In this document: positions 63,516 through 64,000 of the stretch, one piece after another | Position numbering within the stretch: position 1 is the first letter of the stretch | How the letters are laid out: each line of letters begins with the position of its first letter | Source: Isurus oxyrinchus | Lineage: Eukaryota | DNA length: 64,000 nucleotides | NCBI GenBank assembly: GCA_026770705.1 | Contig: JANJGN010000019.1 | Coordinates: 92,132,001 to 92,196,000, forward strand | Direction of reading: 5' to 3' | Notes under the pieces: generated by a model | The model's input: only the letters and a program-made list of their open reading frames with translations | Database searches by the model: none | Told to the model about the DNA's origin: nothing | Program-made: the position numbers and the translations under genes

Positions 63516-63539
63516 ATGGTGTTGCTGGAGAGTGACTCG
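63516..63539 (+). CDS. SRP14: Signal recognition particle 14 kDa protein, first coding exon
   Basis: gacATGG Kozak context, encodes MVLLESDS, then a phase-0 donor GTGAGA at 63540. Vertebrate SRP14 begins MVLLE(S/N)(E/D)x-FLTELTRLF with, as I recall, a 24-nt first coding exon. Only 8 codons are visible in the window. Confidence 0.85.
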
Positions 63540-63679
63540 GTGAGAGGATGGGAAAGAGGGGCGTAATGCTGGGGCAGTTTAGGGTTTGGGGGGCAGTCTG
63601 GGACTGCGGCAGTGTCGGGTAAAATTGGGGTAATGGTGGAGTAACAAGTAGTGCGATGGGAGTTGGGGGGTGTCTGGGG

Positions 63680-64000
63680 CAGGTTGAGGGGGTCTGGGCA
63701 GGTTGGGGGGGGTCTGGGGCAGCCTGGGGCGTGGGGGGGGGGGGGGCCTGGGGCGTGGGGGGGGGCGGCCTGGGGCGTGGGGGGGGGGCGGCCTGGGGCG
63801 TGGGGGGGGGGCGGCCTGGGGCGTGGGGGGGGGGCGGCCTGGGGCGTGGGGGGGGGGGCGGCCTGGGGCGTGGGGGGGGGGGGCAGCCTGGGGCGTGGGG
63901 GGGGGCAGTCTGGGGCATGGGGGGGGGTGCCTGGGGCATGGGGGGGGGTGCCTGGGGCATGGGGTTGTGCCTGGGGCATGGGGGGGGTGCCTGGGGCAGT
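63680..64000 (+). repeat. G-rich ~21-23-bp minisatellite in SRP14 intron 1
   Basis: (cctggggcgtggggggggggcgg)n and (cctggggcatggggggggtg)n, running off the window. Confidence 0.9.

Noticed and set aside
63391-63979. Proline-rich minus-strand ORFs (189 and 193 aa)
   Set aside because: Translation of the G-rich intronic minisatellite. Homopolymer lengths are irregular and error-prone.

Overview
Eukaryotic genomic DNA, most likely from a shark. This is inferred from the repeat repertoire: Deu-domain SINEs, CR1, RTE, Penelope-like and Harbinger elements, and a 69-bp minisatellite. The window has three zones. (1) 1-33.5 kb is a gene-free stack of nested transposons. Its most notable element is a 2.3-kb non-autonomous hAT-type DNA transposon (18-bp TIRs, 8-bp TSD, 7400-9724) carrying about 1.9 kb of decayed FILIP1 coding sequence, i.e. 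a Pack-TIR gene capture. (2) About 33.6-63.3 kb is a ~30-kb strand-asymmetric satellite with a 33-bp monomer (ACCCAACTCCAGTAATAAACACCCTAACCCTAA). Each monomer holds two telomeric CCCTAA hexamers and an AATAAA. The array has kb-scale higher-order duplications and two Penelope-like (RT + GIY-YIG) insertions whose terminal repeat folds as a minimal hammerhead ribozyme with a non-canonical core. (3) 63.3-64 kb is a compact CpG-rich promoter and a first coding exon (MVLLESDS|gtgaga) that I recognise as SRP14, starting about 200 bp after the satellite ends and followed by a G-rich intronic minisatellite. Nearly all ORFs in the supplied track are by-products of repeats. Family assignments come from recalled motifs, not database searches, and boundaries of old repeats are approximate.
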